This document shows positions 37,803 through 51,246 of a DNA stretch of 64,000 nucleotides, in pieces. Source of the stretch: Octopus sinensis (Eukaryota). The notes under the pieces are model-generated. The model was not told the origin of the DNA and did not search any database. It was given only the letters and a program-made list of their open reading frames with translations. Position numbers and translations under genes: made by a program. The DNA is taken from positions 1-64,000 of the forward strand of contig NW_021833284.1 in the NCBI RefSeq assembly GCF_006345805.1, read 5' to 3'. Every line of letters starts with the position of its first letter. The stretch's first letter is position 1.

Positions 37803-38500
37803 AACATATACACGACAGGTTTCTTTCTACCAAATCCACTCACAAGGCTTTGGTTGGCCCGAGGCTATAGTAGAAGACACTTGCCCAAGGTGCCACGCTG
37901 TGGGACTGATCCCAGGACCATGTGGTTGGTAAGCAAGCTACTTACCACACAGCCACTCCTGCTCCTATACATACACATTGATGTGTATGTGATCGAAACA
38001 TTTGTAACCAGAAGTAAACAACCATGTTTTGATGGTTGGGGTTCGATCCTGACATTGGATATTTGCTTTTGCTCAGGCCTAGGAACAAAGCAGAAAAACG
38101 ATTCTTCTTGCCCCGACGCCAACCTTAACCAAAAGTGCAGCTGTAACACCTAACCTCAGCTCAAAATCGCCTCACCCCGAACCTCGACTCTCAGAATCTT
38201 CTTTCAGGCCCTGTCTAACCTTGATTGAAATGCACGAGAGACATGAAGGAGGGGGAGGAGAAGGGGACAAGAGAGAGGCGGAGGGAGAATAAACAATTCT
38301 GATTGGTTGATACCTCATCACCTCCCAAATACGTTGACCTTTCACTTTTTGTAAGCAAAAGGAAAACAGAAATTTATTGAAATCAGGGATTAGTAATAAT
38401 ATATTTAACAATGAGATGTTTCTAGAAAAATTCTTGAAGTATAAGTATATATATATATATATATACACTGTTTCTGTTCCTTTGTTTGCTTCGCTCTCTC

Positions 38501-38566
<66 letters not shown>

Positions 38567-38942
38567 ACTCTATCTCTATGTGTGTATATATAAAGATATG
38601 CGTGTATGTTTGTACACACACATATATATATATATATATAAAGATATGTGTGTGTGTGTGTATATATATATGTATATATATATATATATATAAAGATATA
38701 AAGATGTGTGTGTGTGTATATATATACATATATATACACACACATATATATATATACACAGGCATATATATACATACATATATATATATACATATATATA
38801 CATACATACATATATATATATATACATATATATACATATATATATATACACATATATATACATATATATATATATATACACATATATATACATACATATG
38901 TATATATACACACACACACATATGTATATATATATATAAAGA

Positions 38943-38974
<32 letters not shown>

Positions 38975-40999
38975 CAAATAAACATACACACATACAAATA
39001 AACATACACACACACACACACACATACAAATAAACATACACACACACACACACATACAAATAAACATACACACACACACATATACATGTGTGTGTTCTGT
39101 CTGTTTGTCTTTTGGTTTTCTCATGTCTGTCTCACTTTCTCCATTTCATTTGTTTAATTCTCTCTTCAAGTAAAATAAAACAATTTTTTTCCATGATTTT
39201 GTTTGCCGAATAGCAACCCTGACCTCTCTGCAGCAGACCCCACACCCTCAATTGCTAAGAGGTTATTATCCAACTCCCTGGGTCAGCCTGATCCAAAACA
39301 CTAATAAAAAAAATGGTTTCCATACTATCTCAATCCTGTCCTACATTCAGACAATATTTCTAAGACAACATTATATTGTACTGAGTCAAAAGTTTTACAA
39401 TTTTTTGGTAAATTCCTTGCTTTCTTTGTCAAAATGCAACAGTAGCAGGAGTGGCTGTGTGGTAAGTAGCTTGCTAACCAACCACATGGTTCCGGGTTCA
39501 GTCCCACTGCATGGCACCTTGGGCAAGTGTCTTCTGCTATAGCCCCGGGCCGACCAAAGCCTTGTGAGCGGATTTGGTAGATGGAAACTGAAAGAAGCCC
39601 GTCATATAGGCGCAGGAGTGGCTGTGTGGTAAGTAGCTTGCTTACCAACCACACGGTTCCGGGTTCAGTCCCACTGTGTGGCATCTTGGGCAAGTGTCTT
39701 CTGGTATAGCCCCGGGCCAACCAATGCCTTGTGAGTGGATTCGGTAAACGGAAACTGAAAGAAGCCTGTCGTATATATGTATATATATATGTATGTGTGT
39801 GTGTTTGTCCCCTTAGCATTGCTTGACAACTGATGCTGATGTGTTTACGTCCCCGTCACTTGGCGGTTCGGCAAAAGAGACCGATAGAATAAGTACTGGG
39901 CTTACAAAGAATAAGTCCCGGGGTTGATTTGCTCGACTAAAGGCGGTGCTCCAGCATGGCCGCAGTCAAATGACTGAAACAAGTAAAAGAGAGAAAGAGA
40001 GAGAGAGAAGCAACTTAGCTGGCATCCAGAGTTGAGGCCATCATGTTGCACCGTCTGAAGCTACCATTCCACCAGTTCTTTGATACCAGTTCTTATTTCT
40101 TTATTGCCCATAAGGGGCTAAACACAGAGGGGACAAACAAGGACTGACAAAGGGATTAAGTCGATTATATCGACCCCAGTGCGTAACTGGTACTTGATTA
40201 ATCCCCCAAAAGGACAAAAGGCAAAGTCAACCTCAGCGGGATTTGAACATGGAACGTAGCATCTGACGAAATACCTATTTCTTTACTACCCACAAGGGGC
40301 TAAACATAGAGACGACAAACAAGGACAGACAAAGGGATGAAGTCGATTATATCGACCCCAGTGTGTAACTGGTACTTATTTAATCGACCCCGAAAGGATG
40401 AAAGGCAAAGTCGACTTTGGCGGAATTTGAACTCAGAATGTAACAGCAGATGGAATATATATATATACTTGGAAAAGAATGCGTAGTGTTCAATCATATA
40501 ATGATATGAATAATATATAAATATATGCATATATACATACACATATGTACATACCTACATATATATGTATATATACATGCATATATGGGTACAGGACATC
40601 AAAGAAACATTGAACACAATGAGAAACGAAAACATAAAAACAAAAACGTAGAAACATCGACCCCAGTGCGTAATTGGTACTTATTTAGTAAACCCCAAAA
40701 GGATGAAAGGCAAATTGACCTCGGCAGAATTTGAACTCAGAACGTTGTGGCAGATGAAGTACCGCTAAGCATTTTGCCCAGTGTGCTAACATTTCTGCTA
40801 GCTCGCTGCTTTCTGATACCAATTTGTCAGAAAATTACTATTTTTTAATCTCACAACATGAGATATTCAGCAACAGTACTTTGTAGTAAAGATTGTTTGC
40901 CAACATAACATGGCAGTCCTGGTTTAGGACGAAGGTTGCTGTAATTTAGCCCCAGGAGACATCGTCACCAGCTGGCTATATGACACGATATGTACCCAA

Positions 41000-43900
41000 G
41001 AATAGCTTAGGATACAAGTTAATTAGCAAACTAAGACATACTAGCACTATGACCCGACAACGCTCGGTCGTAGCGCTAGTGCATGCATATACAGCTGCGT
41101 GCGTGCACACATACACGCGAGTACTGTCCAAATCTCCGACCAATCACATACAGCTAGCTGGCATTCAATTGGCGTATCAAGTTTCGGGCATTTTGATTGG
41201 GTTTTGGATAGAAAATTCACAAAAAAGTCACTTCTATTGATTTTTTAATGGCTTTGCTGGGTGACTGGGGAAATATAAAGATGTGCACAACCACCCTTGG
41301 ACGGTTTTGAATGACCATAGAAAGTGTGAGCCCTCTAACTGAAAAATTATGGATTTGTATAAAGGATACACACACACAGACAGACATTTTGCCATTTATA
41401 TATATATTTAATGGCTTTGCTGCGTGACTGGGGAAATGTAAAGATGTGCACGACCACCCTTGGATGGTTTTGAATGACCATAGAAAGTGCAAGCCCTCTA
41501 ACTGAAAAATTGTGGATTTGTATAAAGGATACACACACAGACAGACATTTTGCCATTTATATATATATTTAATGGTTTTGCTGGGTGACTGGGGAAATGT
41601 AAAGATGTGCACAACCACCCTTGGACGGTTTTGAATGACCATAGAAAGTGCGAGCCCTCTAACTGAAAAATTGTGGATTTGTATAAAGGATACACACACA
41701 GACAGACATTTTGCCATTTATATATATATTTAATGGCTTTGCTGGGTGACTGGGGAAATGTAAAGATGTGCACGACCACCCTTGGACGGTTTTGACTAAC
41801 CATAGAAAGTGCGAACCCTCTAACTGAAAAATTGTGGATTTGTATAAAGGATACACACACACAGACAGACATTTTGCCGTTTATATATATATATTAATGG
41901 CTTTGCTGGGTGACTGGGGAAATGTAAGATGTGCACGACCACCCTTGGATGGTTTTGAATGACCATAGAAAGTGCGAGCCCTCTAACTGAAAAATTGTGG
42001 ATTTGTATAAAGGATACACACACAGACAGACATTTTGCCATTTATATATATATTTAATGGCTTTGCTGGGTGACTGGGGAAATGTAAAGATGTGCACGAC
42101 CACCCTGGATGGTTTTGAATGACCATAGAAGTGCGAACCCTCTAACTGAAAAATTGTGGATTTGTATAAAGGATACACACACAGACATACATTTTGCCGT
42201 TTATATATATATATTTAATGGCTTTGCTGGTGACTGGGGAAATGTAAAGATGTGCACAACCACCCTTGGACGGTTTTGAATGACCATAGAAAGTGCGAGC
42301 CCTCTAACTGAAAAATTGTGGATTGTATAAAGGATACACACACAGACAGACATTTTGCCATTATATATATATTTAATGGCTTTGCTGGGTGGACTGGGGA
42401 AATGTAAAGATGTGCACGACCACCCTTGGACGGTTTTGAATGACCATAGAAAGTGCGAACCCTCTAACTGAAAAATTGTGGATTTGTATAAAGGATACAC
42501 ACACAGACAGACATTTTGCCATTTATATATATATTTAATGGCTTTGCTGGGTGACTGGGGAAATGTAAAGATGTGCACGACCACCCTTGGATGGTTTTGA
42601 ATGACCATAGAAAGTGCAAGCCCTCTAACTGAAAAATTGTGGATTTGTATAAAGGATACACACACAGACAGACATTTTGCCATTTATATATATATTTAAT
42701 GGTTTTGCTGGTGACTGGGGAAATGTAAAGATGTGCACAACCACCCTTGGACGGTTTTGAATGACCATAGAAAGTGCGAGCCCTCTAACTGAAAAATTGT
42801 GGATTTGTATAAAGGATACACACACAGACAGACATTTTGCCATTTATATATATATTTAATGGCTTTGCTGGGTGACTGGGGAAATGTAAAGATGTGCACG
42901 ACCACCCTTGGACGGTTTTGACTAACCATAGAAAGTGCGAACCCTCTAACTGAAAAATTGTGGATTTGTATAAAGGATACACACACAGACAGACATTTTG
43001 CCGTTTATATATATATATTTAATGGCTTTGCTGGGTGACTGGGGAAATGTAAAGATGTGCACGACCACCCTTGGATGGTTTTGAATGACCATAGAAAGTG
43101 CGAGCCCTCTAACTGAAAAATTGTGGATTTGTATAAAGGATACACACACAGACAGACATTTTGCCATTTATATATATTTAATGGCTTTGCTGGGTGACTG
43201 GGGAAATGTAAAGATGTGCACGACCACCCTTGGACGGTTTTGACTAACCATAGAAAGTGCGAACCCTCTAACTGAAAAATTGTGGATTTGTATAAAGGAT
43301 ACACACACAGACATACATTTTGCCGTTTATATATATATATTTAATGGCTTTGCTGGGTGACTGGGGAAATGTAAAGATGTGCACGACCACCCTTGGATGG
43401 TTTTGAATGACCATAGAAAGTGCGAGCCCTCTAACTGAAAAATTGTGGATTTGTATAAAGGATACACACACACACACACAGACAATTTGCCGTTTATATA
43501 TAGAGAGATTAGCGTAAACACAGTTGCCAAAGTAATTCAGAAGTACAAAGCTACTGGACGGCCAAGCAATGCACATCGCCCAGGTCATCTGTCTATTTTA
43601 ACTCTTTTACTCTTTTACTTGTTTCAGTCATTTGACTGCGGCCATGCTGGAGCACCGCCTTTTAGTCGAGCAAATCGACCCCGGGACTTATTCTTTGTAA
43701 GCCCAGTACTTATTCTATCGGTCTCTTTTGCCGAACCGCTAAGTGACGGGGACGTAAACACACCAGCACCGGTTGTCAAGCGATGTTGGATAGGACAAAC
43801 ACAGACACACAAACATATACACACACATACATATATACGACAGGCTTCTTTCAGTTTCCATCTACCAAATCCTCCCACAAGGCTTGCCCAACATGCCACG

Positions 43901-44616
43901 CAGTGAGACTGAACCCGGAATCATGTGGTTGGTAAACAAGCTACTTACCACACGGCCACTCCTGCGCCTGTGCATGATGTTCGCCACATCCTATGTTGCA
44001 TGATGGAGGACAAGCATTGAACTGCTTCATCTTTGACCCAAGAAGTGTCTTCTGTATGTGGAAAGAGTGTATCCACCCAAACAGTTTGCCAAATTTTGAA
44101 GCAGTGTGGTCTTCATGGACACATTCCTTGTAGGAAGCCCCTCTTCACTACCAGGCATAAATTCTTTTCTTTTCTTTTACTTGTTTCAGTCATTTGACTG
44201 CGGCCATGCTGGAGCACCGCCTTTAGTCGAGCAACTCGACCCCGGGACTTATTCTTTGTAAGCCCAGTACTTATTCTATCGGTCTCTTTTGCCGAACCGC
44301 TAAGTTACGGGGACGTAAATACACCAGCATCGGTTGTCAAGCGATTTGGGGGGGACAAACACAAACACACACACACACACACACACTCACACACACACAC
44401 ACATATATATATACATATACATGACAGGCTTCCTTCAGTTTCCGTCTACCAAATCCACTCACAAGGCTTTAGTTGGCCTGAGGCTATAGTAGAAGACACT
44501 TGCCTAAAGTGCCACGTAGTGGGATTTAACCCGGAACCATATGGTTGGTAAGCAAGCTACTTACCACACAGCCACTCCTGCGCCTATATATATATATATA
44601 TATAAAATATATATAT

Positions 44617-44647
<31 letters not shown>

Positions 44648-45115
44648 CTCCCTGCTTCCATCTCCTGAGCGCCTATTAATAATAATACTGTAATTGTTCC
44701 TGTTGTTGTTGTTTTTTTGTTTCCCTTTTGGATTAAAATTATATATATATATATATATAATATATATACATATATATACATATATACGACGGGCTTCTTT
44801 CAGTTTCCGTCTACCAAATCCACTCACAAGGTTTTGTGCGGCCTGAGGCTATAGTAGAAGATACTTGCCCAAGGAGCCACGCAGTGGGACTGAACCCGGA
44901 TCCATGTGGCTGGTAAGCACCAAAACCTATGTGAGTAAGGGGAAGGAGTTTTGGACTAAATTTTTTTTTTTCTGGCAAGACTAAATTCAACTTGTACAGG
45001 TGAGATGGTATTTAACGAGTATGGTGATGACCAGGTGAAGATAACAGTGACAAAAGCACCGTGCCGGCCTTGAAACACAACGATGGAAGTGTTATGCTTT
45101 GGGAACGCATGAGTG
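41000..45115 (+). pseudogene. Degenerate Tc1-family transposase split into four pieces (41000-41039, 43509-43597, 43970-44162, 44919-45115)
   Basis: LGYKLISK / ISVNTVAKVIQKYKATG...RPG / [31 protein letters not shown] / FWTKFFFSGKTKFNL...VW..PGE...TVPALKHNDGSVMLW: colinear Tc1 HTH and DDE N-terminal motifs with stops. Confidence 0.8.
41040..43508 (+). mobile_element. Helentron/Lep1-like non-autonomous element whose 3' ~161 bp is repeated 14 times (41247-43505)
   Basis: 5' actagcactatgacccg...; each unit ends cacacagacagacattttgccatttatatata; inserted at gacat^tagc. Confidence 0.75.
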
Positions 45116-45449
45116 GACTGGAGCAATGTGAAAATAAAGTGTCTTGCTCAAGGACATAACACGTTGCCAGGAATTGAACTCACAAGCTTACAATCATGAG
45201 CTGAATGCCCCTAACCATAAAGGCATGTGCGTTCACACATACATACATACATATATAAATATGTGTGTGTGTTTGTATGTATATATATATATATATATGC
45301 ATGTATATAAATATATACATATATATATGCACACACAGATATATATATATACATATATATACTTACATATATATATGTATATATTTATATATTTGTATAT
45401 ATATACACATATATGTGTGTGTGTGTGTGTGTGCATGTATATATATACA

Positions 45450-45485
<36 letters not shown>

Positions 45486-45698
45486 CATATATATATATAT
45501 TATATATACATACACATACATATATATATATGTATGTTATCTATATACATCAAATAACTGAAACTAATAGAAGAATAAAAGAATATATATATGTTTATTT
45601 ATATATATATATATAATATATATATATATATGTATATATATATTTATATATATACATGTATATATATATTTATATATACATACATACATGTATATATA

Positions 45699-45752
<54 letters not shown>

Positions 45753-45939
45753 ATATACACATGAATGTATATATATGTATATATTATATATATACATATA
45801 TATGTGTATATATATATGTGTGTGTGTATATATATATATGTATGTATATATATATATATTTATATATATATATACATATATGTATGCATGTACGTGTGAC
45901 ACTCTACGTAATATTTGTTCTGTATTTCTCTTTTGTCCT

Positions 45940-46137
45940 GTCTAAGCCCGAATCTCCAGTTACAAGAGGAAGAATGCTGCTAACAAAATCGGACAAAAAC
46001 AAGGTGAGTTTTTGATATTCCGTCGAGAGAAACATTTCGTTGCATAACACACTCACATTCACTGTCATTCGCTGAGTTTCGTTGCAAGAATTTGGCAATG
46101 CCAAGCAAAAACAGTTACATGGATCTAAAGAACAACG
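45940..46137 (+). other. Unique island with two strong donor sites (aag|gtgagt at 46004, acg|gtaagt at 46138); candidate 5' exon(s) of the + strand CBM14 gene
   Basis: ATG at 46098 gives MPSKNSYMDLKNN ending phase 1, but the next identified exon (51247) starts at phase 2, so direct joining is unproven. Confidence 0.25.
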
Positions 46138-46824
46138 GTAAGTGATTTTACACAATTTAATAATATACTCTTTTCTCTTTTACTCTTTTACTTGTTTCAG
46201 TCATTTGACTGCGGCCATGCTGGAGCACCGCCAGTACTTATTCTATCGGTCTCTTTTGCCGAACCGCTAAGTGACGGGGACGTAAACACACCAGCATCGG
46301 TTGTCAAGCAATGCTAGGGGGACAACAAACAGACGACACAAACACATACACACCATATATATATATACATATATACGACGGGCTTCTTTCAGTTTCCGTC
46401 TACCAAATCCACTCACGAGGCATTGGTCGGCCCGGGGATATAGCAGAAGACACTTGCCCAAGATGCCACGCAGTGGGACTGAACCCGGAACCATGTGGTT
46501 GGTTAGCAAGCTACTTACCACACAGCCACTCCTGCGCCCATTTGATTAGATCAAATATGATTGGATCATTACAATAATAATAATAATAATAATAATTAAT
46601 TCCTTTATTGGCCACAAGGGCTGACAAATATGATTCGAAAACATAAAGGGACAAAACAGGACGAAAGGTTACAAAAGGTTTTTTGCTAACCAACCACATG
46701 GTTCCGGGTTCAGTCTCACTGCGTGGCATCTTGGGCAAGTGTCTTCTGCTATAGCCCCGGGCCGACCAATGCCTTGTGAGTGGATTTGGTAGACGGAAAC
46801 TGAAAGAAGCCTGTTGTATATATG

Positions 46825-46865
<41 letters not shown>

Positions 46866-47828
46866 TTGTGTGTCTGTTTTGTCCCCCTAGCATTGCTTGA
46901 CAACTGATGCTGGTGTGTTTACGTCCCCGTCACTTAGCGGTTCTGCAAAAGAGACCGATAGAATATGTACTGGGCTTACAAAGAATAAGTCCCGGGGTCG
47001 ATTTTGCTCGACTAAAGGCGGTGCTCCAGCATGGCCGCAGTCAAATGACTGAAACAAGTAAAAGAGAGTAAAAGAGAGAGAGTAAAAAGCAGTTTAACAA
47101 TCAAAAATCTTAACAACGAGAAACCCCCAATAGAGGAGACGCTTCGAAAAAAGAAAAGGTCTCACGTGGAAAAACCCATAAAAGCCACGGAAGCCTGGTC
47201 AAAAGTGGGGTAGAGAGCCCCTTTCTCCTTTTATAATACCTTTTTCAATTACAGGCGAAACTTCAAAATTGGTTCATTTATACTGGCCATTCTTGCACAA
47301 TTCTCTCACCTTTCAGAAAACTTGCTATCGGACAGCACTCTCCTCTCTAACCTCATCTTCCTTTTCAATAATAATAATAATGATAATAATAATAAACTTT
47401 TATTCTTTTATTCTTTTACTTGTTTCAGTCATTTGACTGTGGCCATGCTGGAGCACCGCCTTTAGTCGAGCAAATCGACCCCAGGACTTATTCTTTGTAA
47501 GCCTAGTACTTATTCTATCGGTCTCATTTGCCGAACAGCTAAGTTACAGGGACGTAAACACACCAGCATCAGTTGTCAAGCGATGTTGGGGGGACAAACA
47601 CAGGCACACAAACACAAACACACACATACATACATATATACGACAGGCTTCTTTCAGTTTCCGTCTACCAAATCCAAGGCTTTGGTCGACCTGAGGCTAT
47701 AGTAGAAGACACTTGCCCAAGGTGCCATGCAGTGGGAATGAACCCGGAACCATGTAGTTGGTAAGCAAGCTACTTACCACACAGCCACTCCTGCACCTAT
47801 AATAATAATTATCCTTATTATCATAATA

Positions 47829-48725
47829 GTTGTGTGCAAAAGTGCCACACTCTAGCAGTTGAGGGAACCTGTGGAAGAGGTAGACCCAGGAAAACCTGGG
47901 ACGAGGTGGTGAAGCACGACCTTCGAACTTTAGGTCTCACCAAGGAAATGATTAGAGACTGAGACCTATGGAAGTATGCTGTGCGTGAGAAGACCCGGCA
48001 AGACCAGTGAGAACAGTCAAAATCAAACCAAATCAACATCAGCGGCAATTGCAGCTGTGGTTAAGCGAACCATCCGATCATTTGTCCGTTGCCAGCCTCG
48101 CCTGGCCCCCGTGCCGTTGGCACGTAAAAGCACCGTCCGCTCGTGTCCATTGCCAGCCTCGCCTGGCCCCCGTGCTGGTAGCACGTAAAAGCACCATCCA
48201 TTCATGTCCGTTGCCAGCCTCGCCTGGCCCCTGTGCCGGTAGCACGTAAAAGCACCATCCGTTCGTGTCCATTGCCAGCCTCGCCTGGCCCCCGTGTCGG
48301 TAGCACGTAAAAGCACCATCCGTTCGTGTCCGTTGCCAGCCTCGCCTGGCCCCCGTGCCGGTAGCACGTAAAAGCACCATCCGTTCGTGTCCGTTGCCAG
48401 CCTCGCCTGGCCCCTGTGCCGGTAGCACGTAAAAGCACCATCTGTTTGTGTCCGTTGCCAGCCTCACCTGGCCCCCATGCCGGTGGCACGTAAAAACACC
48501 ATCCGTTCGTGGCCGTTTGCCAGCTCTGTCTGGCACCTGTGCGGGTGGCACGTAAAAAGCACCCACTACACTCACGGAGTGGTTGGCGTTAGGGATGGCA
48601 TCCAGTCATAGAAACACTGCCAGATCTGACTGGGCCTGATGAAGCCTTGCAGCTTCACAGACCCCAGTTAAACCGTCCAACCCATGCTAGCATGGAAAAC
48701 GGACGCTAAATGATGATGATGATGA
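47829..48725 (+). mobile_element. Second 3' fragment of the same RTE LINE with expanded 61-bp UTR VNTR (~8 units)
   Basis: Near-identical to 36270-36450 (GRGRPRKTWDEVVKH); units start at 48241, 48302, 48363, 48424 etc.; (GAT)n tail. Confidence 0.88.
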
Positions 48726-48794
48726 TGATTATTATTATTTTTACTATTATTATCATCATCATTATTATTATTATCATTATTACTATTATTATTA

Positions 48795-48893
<99 letters not shown>

Positions 48894-49168
48894 CATTATT
48901 ATTATTATTATTATTGTTATTATTGTCATCATCATTACGGCAAGCAGTATTTATTCTGTCCTTGCGTTTTGAGTTCAAATTCTGCTGAGGTCAACTTTGT
49001 CTTTCATCCTTTCGGGGTCAATCAAATAAGTACCAGTTGTGTACTGGGGTCGATGTAATCAACTAGTCACCTCCCAGCAAATTTAGGGCCTTGTACCTTC
49101 AGCAGAAAAAATTATCATTATTGTTGTTGTTCTTCTTCTTTTTCTTCTTCTTCTTCTTCTTCTTCTTC

Positions 49169-49200
<32 letters not shown>

Positions 49201-49216
49201 ATTATTATTTTTATTA

Positions 49217-49254
<38 letters not shown>

Positions 49255-49314
49255 TTTATTATTTTTATTATTATTATTTTTATTTTTATTATTATTATTA
49301 TTCTATTATTATTA

Positions 49315-49345
<31 letters not shown>

Positions 49346-49347
49346 CA

Positions 49348-49397
<50 letters not shown>

Positions 49398-49512
49398 AGT
49401 TAAATTCAAATTACGATGAACGTAAACAAACAAAGTTTGCTTTAGAAGTGTTTAGATGCTTTAGAAAGTTAAAGAAGTGATTTTATATTCTCCAATGCAG
49501 GATAATACTAAT

Positions 49513-50140
49513 GAGCTGGCAGACTCGTTAGCACGCCGGGTGAAATGCTTAGCTGTATTTCGTCTGCCCTGTGGGTAGTAAAGAAATAGGTATTTCGTCT
49601 GTCGTTACGTTCTGAGTTCAAATTCCGCCAAGGTCGACTTTGCCTTTCATCCTTTCGGGGTCGATTAGATAAGTACCAGTTACGCACTGGGGTCGATATA
49701 ATCGAATTAATCCGTTTGTCTGTCCTTGTTTGTCCTCTCTGTGTTTAGCCCCTTGTGGGTAGTAAAGAAATAGGTATTTCGTCTGTCTTTACGTTCTGAG
49801 TTCAAATTCCGCCGAGGTCAACTTTGCCTTTCATCCTTTCGGGGTCGATTAGATAAGTACCAGTTACGCACTGGGGTCGATATAATCGAATTAATCCGTT
49901 TGTCTGTCTTTGTTTGTCCTCTCTGTGTTAAGCCCCTTGTGGGTAGTAAAGAAATAGGTATTTCGTCTGTCTTTACGTTCTGAGTTCAAATTCCGCCGAG
50001 GTCGACTTTGCCTTTCATCCTTTCGGGGTCGATTAGATAAGTACCAGTTACACACTGGGGTCAATATAATCAAATTAATCCGTTTGTCTGTCCTTGTTTG
50101 TCCTCTCTGTGTTTAGCCCCTTGTGGGTAGTAAAGAAATA
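49513..50140 (+). mobile_element. Nin/Deu-like SINE with a 184-bp internal unit x3; TSD gataatactaat. Relatives at 4070-4260, 5425-5830, 40080-40460, 40650-40810, 48935-49105, 56070-56275, 58430-58570
   Basis: cctttcggggtcgat...aagtaccag core; unit starts at 49571, 49755, 49939, 50123; TSD at 49501 and 50141. Confidence 0.75.
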
Positions 50141-51246
50141 GATAATACTAATAATATTACCTGAACAGGATAAGCATGTGTGTGTGTGTTTGTCACTCAT
50201 CTGCTTCATAACTGGTGTTAGTTTGTTTACATCCCCATAATCTTAAGGTTTGGCTAACGAGACTGGAATTGATTTCTTTGGCTAAACCCTTCGACATATT
50301 GCTCCAGCCTGGTCACCATTCAATGACAGAAGTGAATAGAAAGATAAAAAAATAAAAAGACATTCTCTTATTTTTTAGCTTGCCTCAGTCATTGGGCTGC
50401 GGCCATGCTGGGGCACCATTGACCTCAGTACCTATTTGTCAATTCTGCTACTTATTCTATCAGTCTCTTTTGCTGAACTGCTAAGTTGTAGGCACATAAA
50501 CAAACAAACACTGATTGTCAAGCAGTGGAGGTCAGAGCAAATAGACACAAACACAAAGGAACACATATACATACAATGGGCTTCTCCACAGTTTCCAATT
50601 GCCTGTTTCACTCACTGGACATTGGTCATTCTGGAGCTGTATTGGAAGACACATACCCACAGTGCCATGCAGTGGGACTGAACCTATAACCAACTGGATG
50701 CAAAGCAGACTTCTTAACCACACAGCTATACTTTTTCTCTTTTACTTGTTTCAGTCATTTGACTGCGGCCATGCTGGAGCATCGCCTTTAATCGAGCAAA
50801 TCAACCCCGGGACCTATTCTTTTGTAAGCCCAGTACTTATTCTATCGGTCTCTTTTGCTGAACTGCTAAGTAACAGGGACATAAACACACCAGCATCGGT
50901 TGTCAAGCAATGCTAGGGGGACAAACACAGACACACAAACATATACACATACACATATATATACACATATATACGACAAGCTTCTTTCAGTTTCCGTCTA
51001 CCAAATCCACTCACAAGGCTTTGGTCGGCCCAAGGCTATAGTAGAAGGTGCCACGCAGTGAGACTGAACCCGGAACCATGTGGTTGGTAAACAAGCTACT
51101 TACCACACAGCTACCCCTGCATCTCTTCAGAATTTTTTATTTGCCATTAACTCATGAAGTTAATGTAATCGGCTGACCCATCCCCTTGAAATTGCTGGCC
51201 TTTTGTCAAAATTTGAAGCTAATTCCCTTTCTCTATTTTCTTGCAG

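Noticed and set aside
38160-38450. Unique stretch with a CCAAT-like motif (ctgattggtt) as a possible promoter or exon
   Set aside because: No convincing ORF or splice pair; a single short motif is not sufficient evidence.
41217-43588. Series of repeated minus-strand ORFs (MAKCLSVCVSF...)
   Set aside because: Translation of the ~161-bp Helentron-end array, with frame shifts between units.
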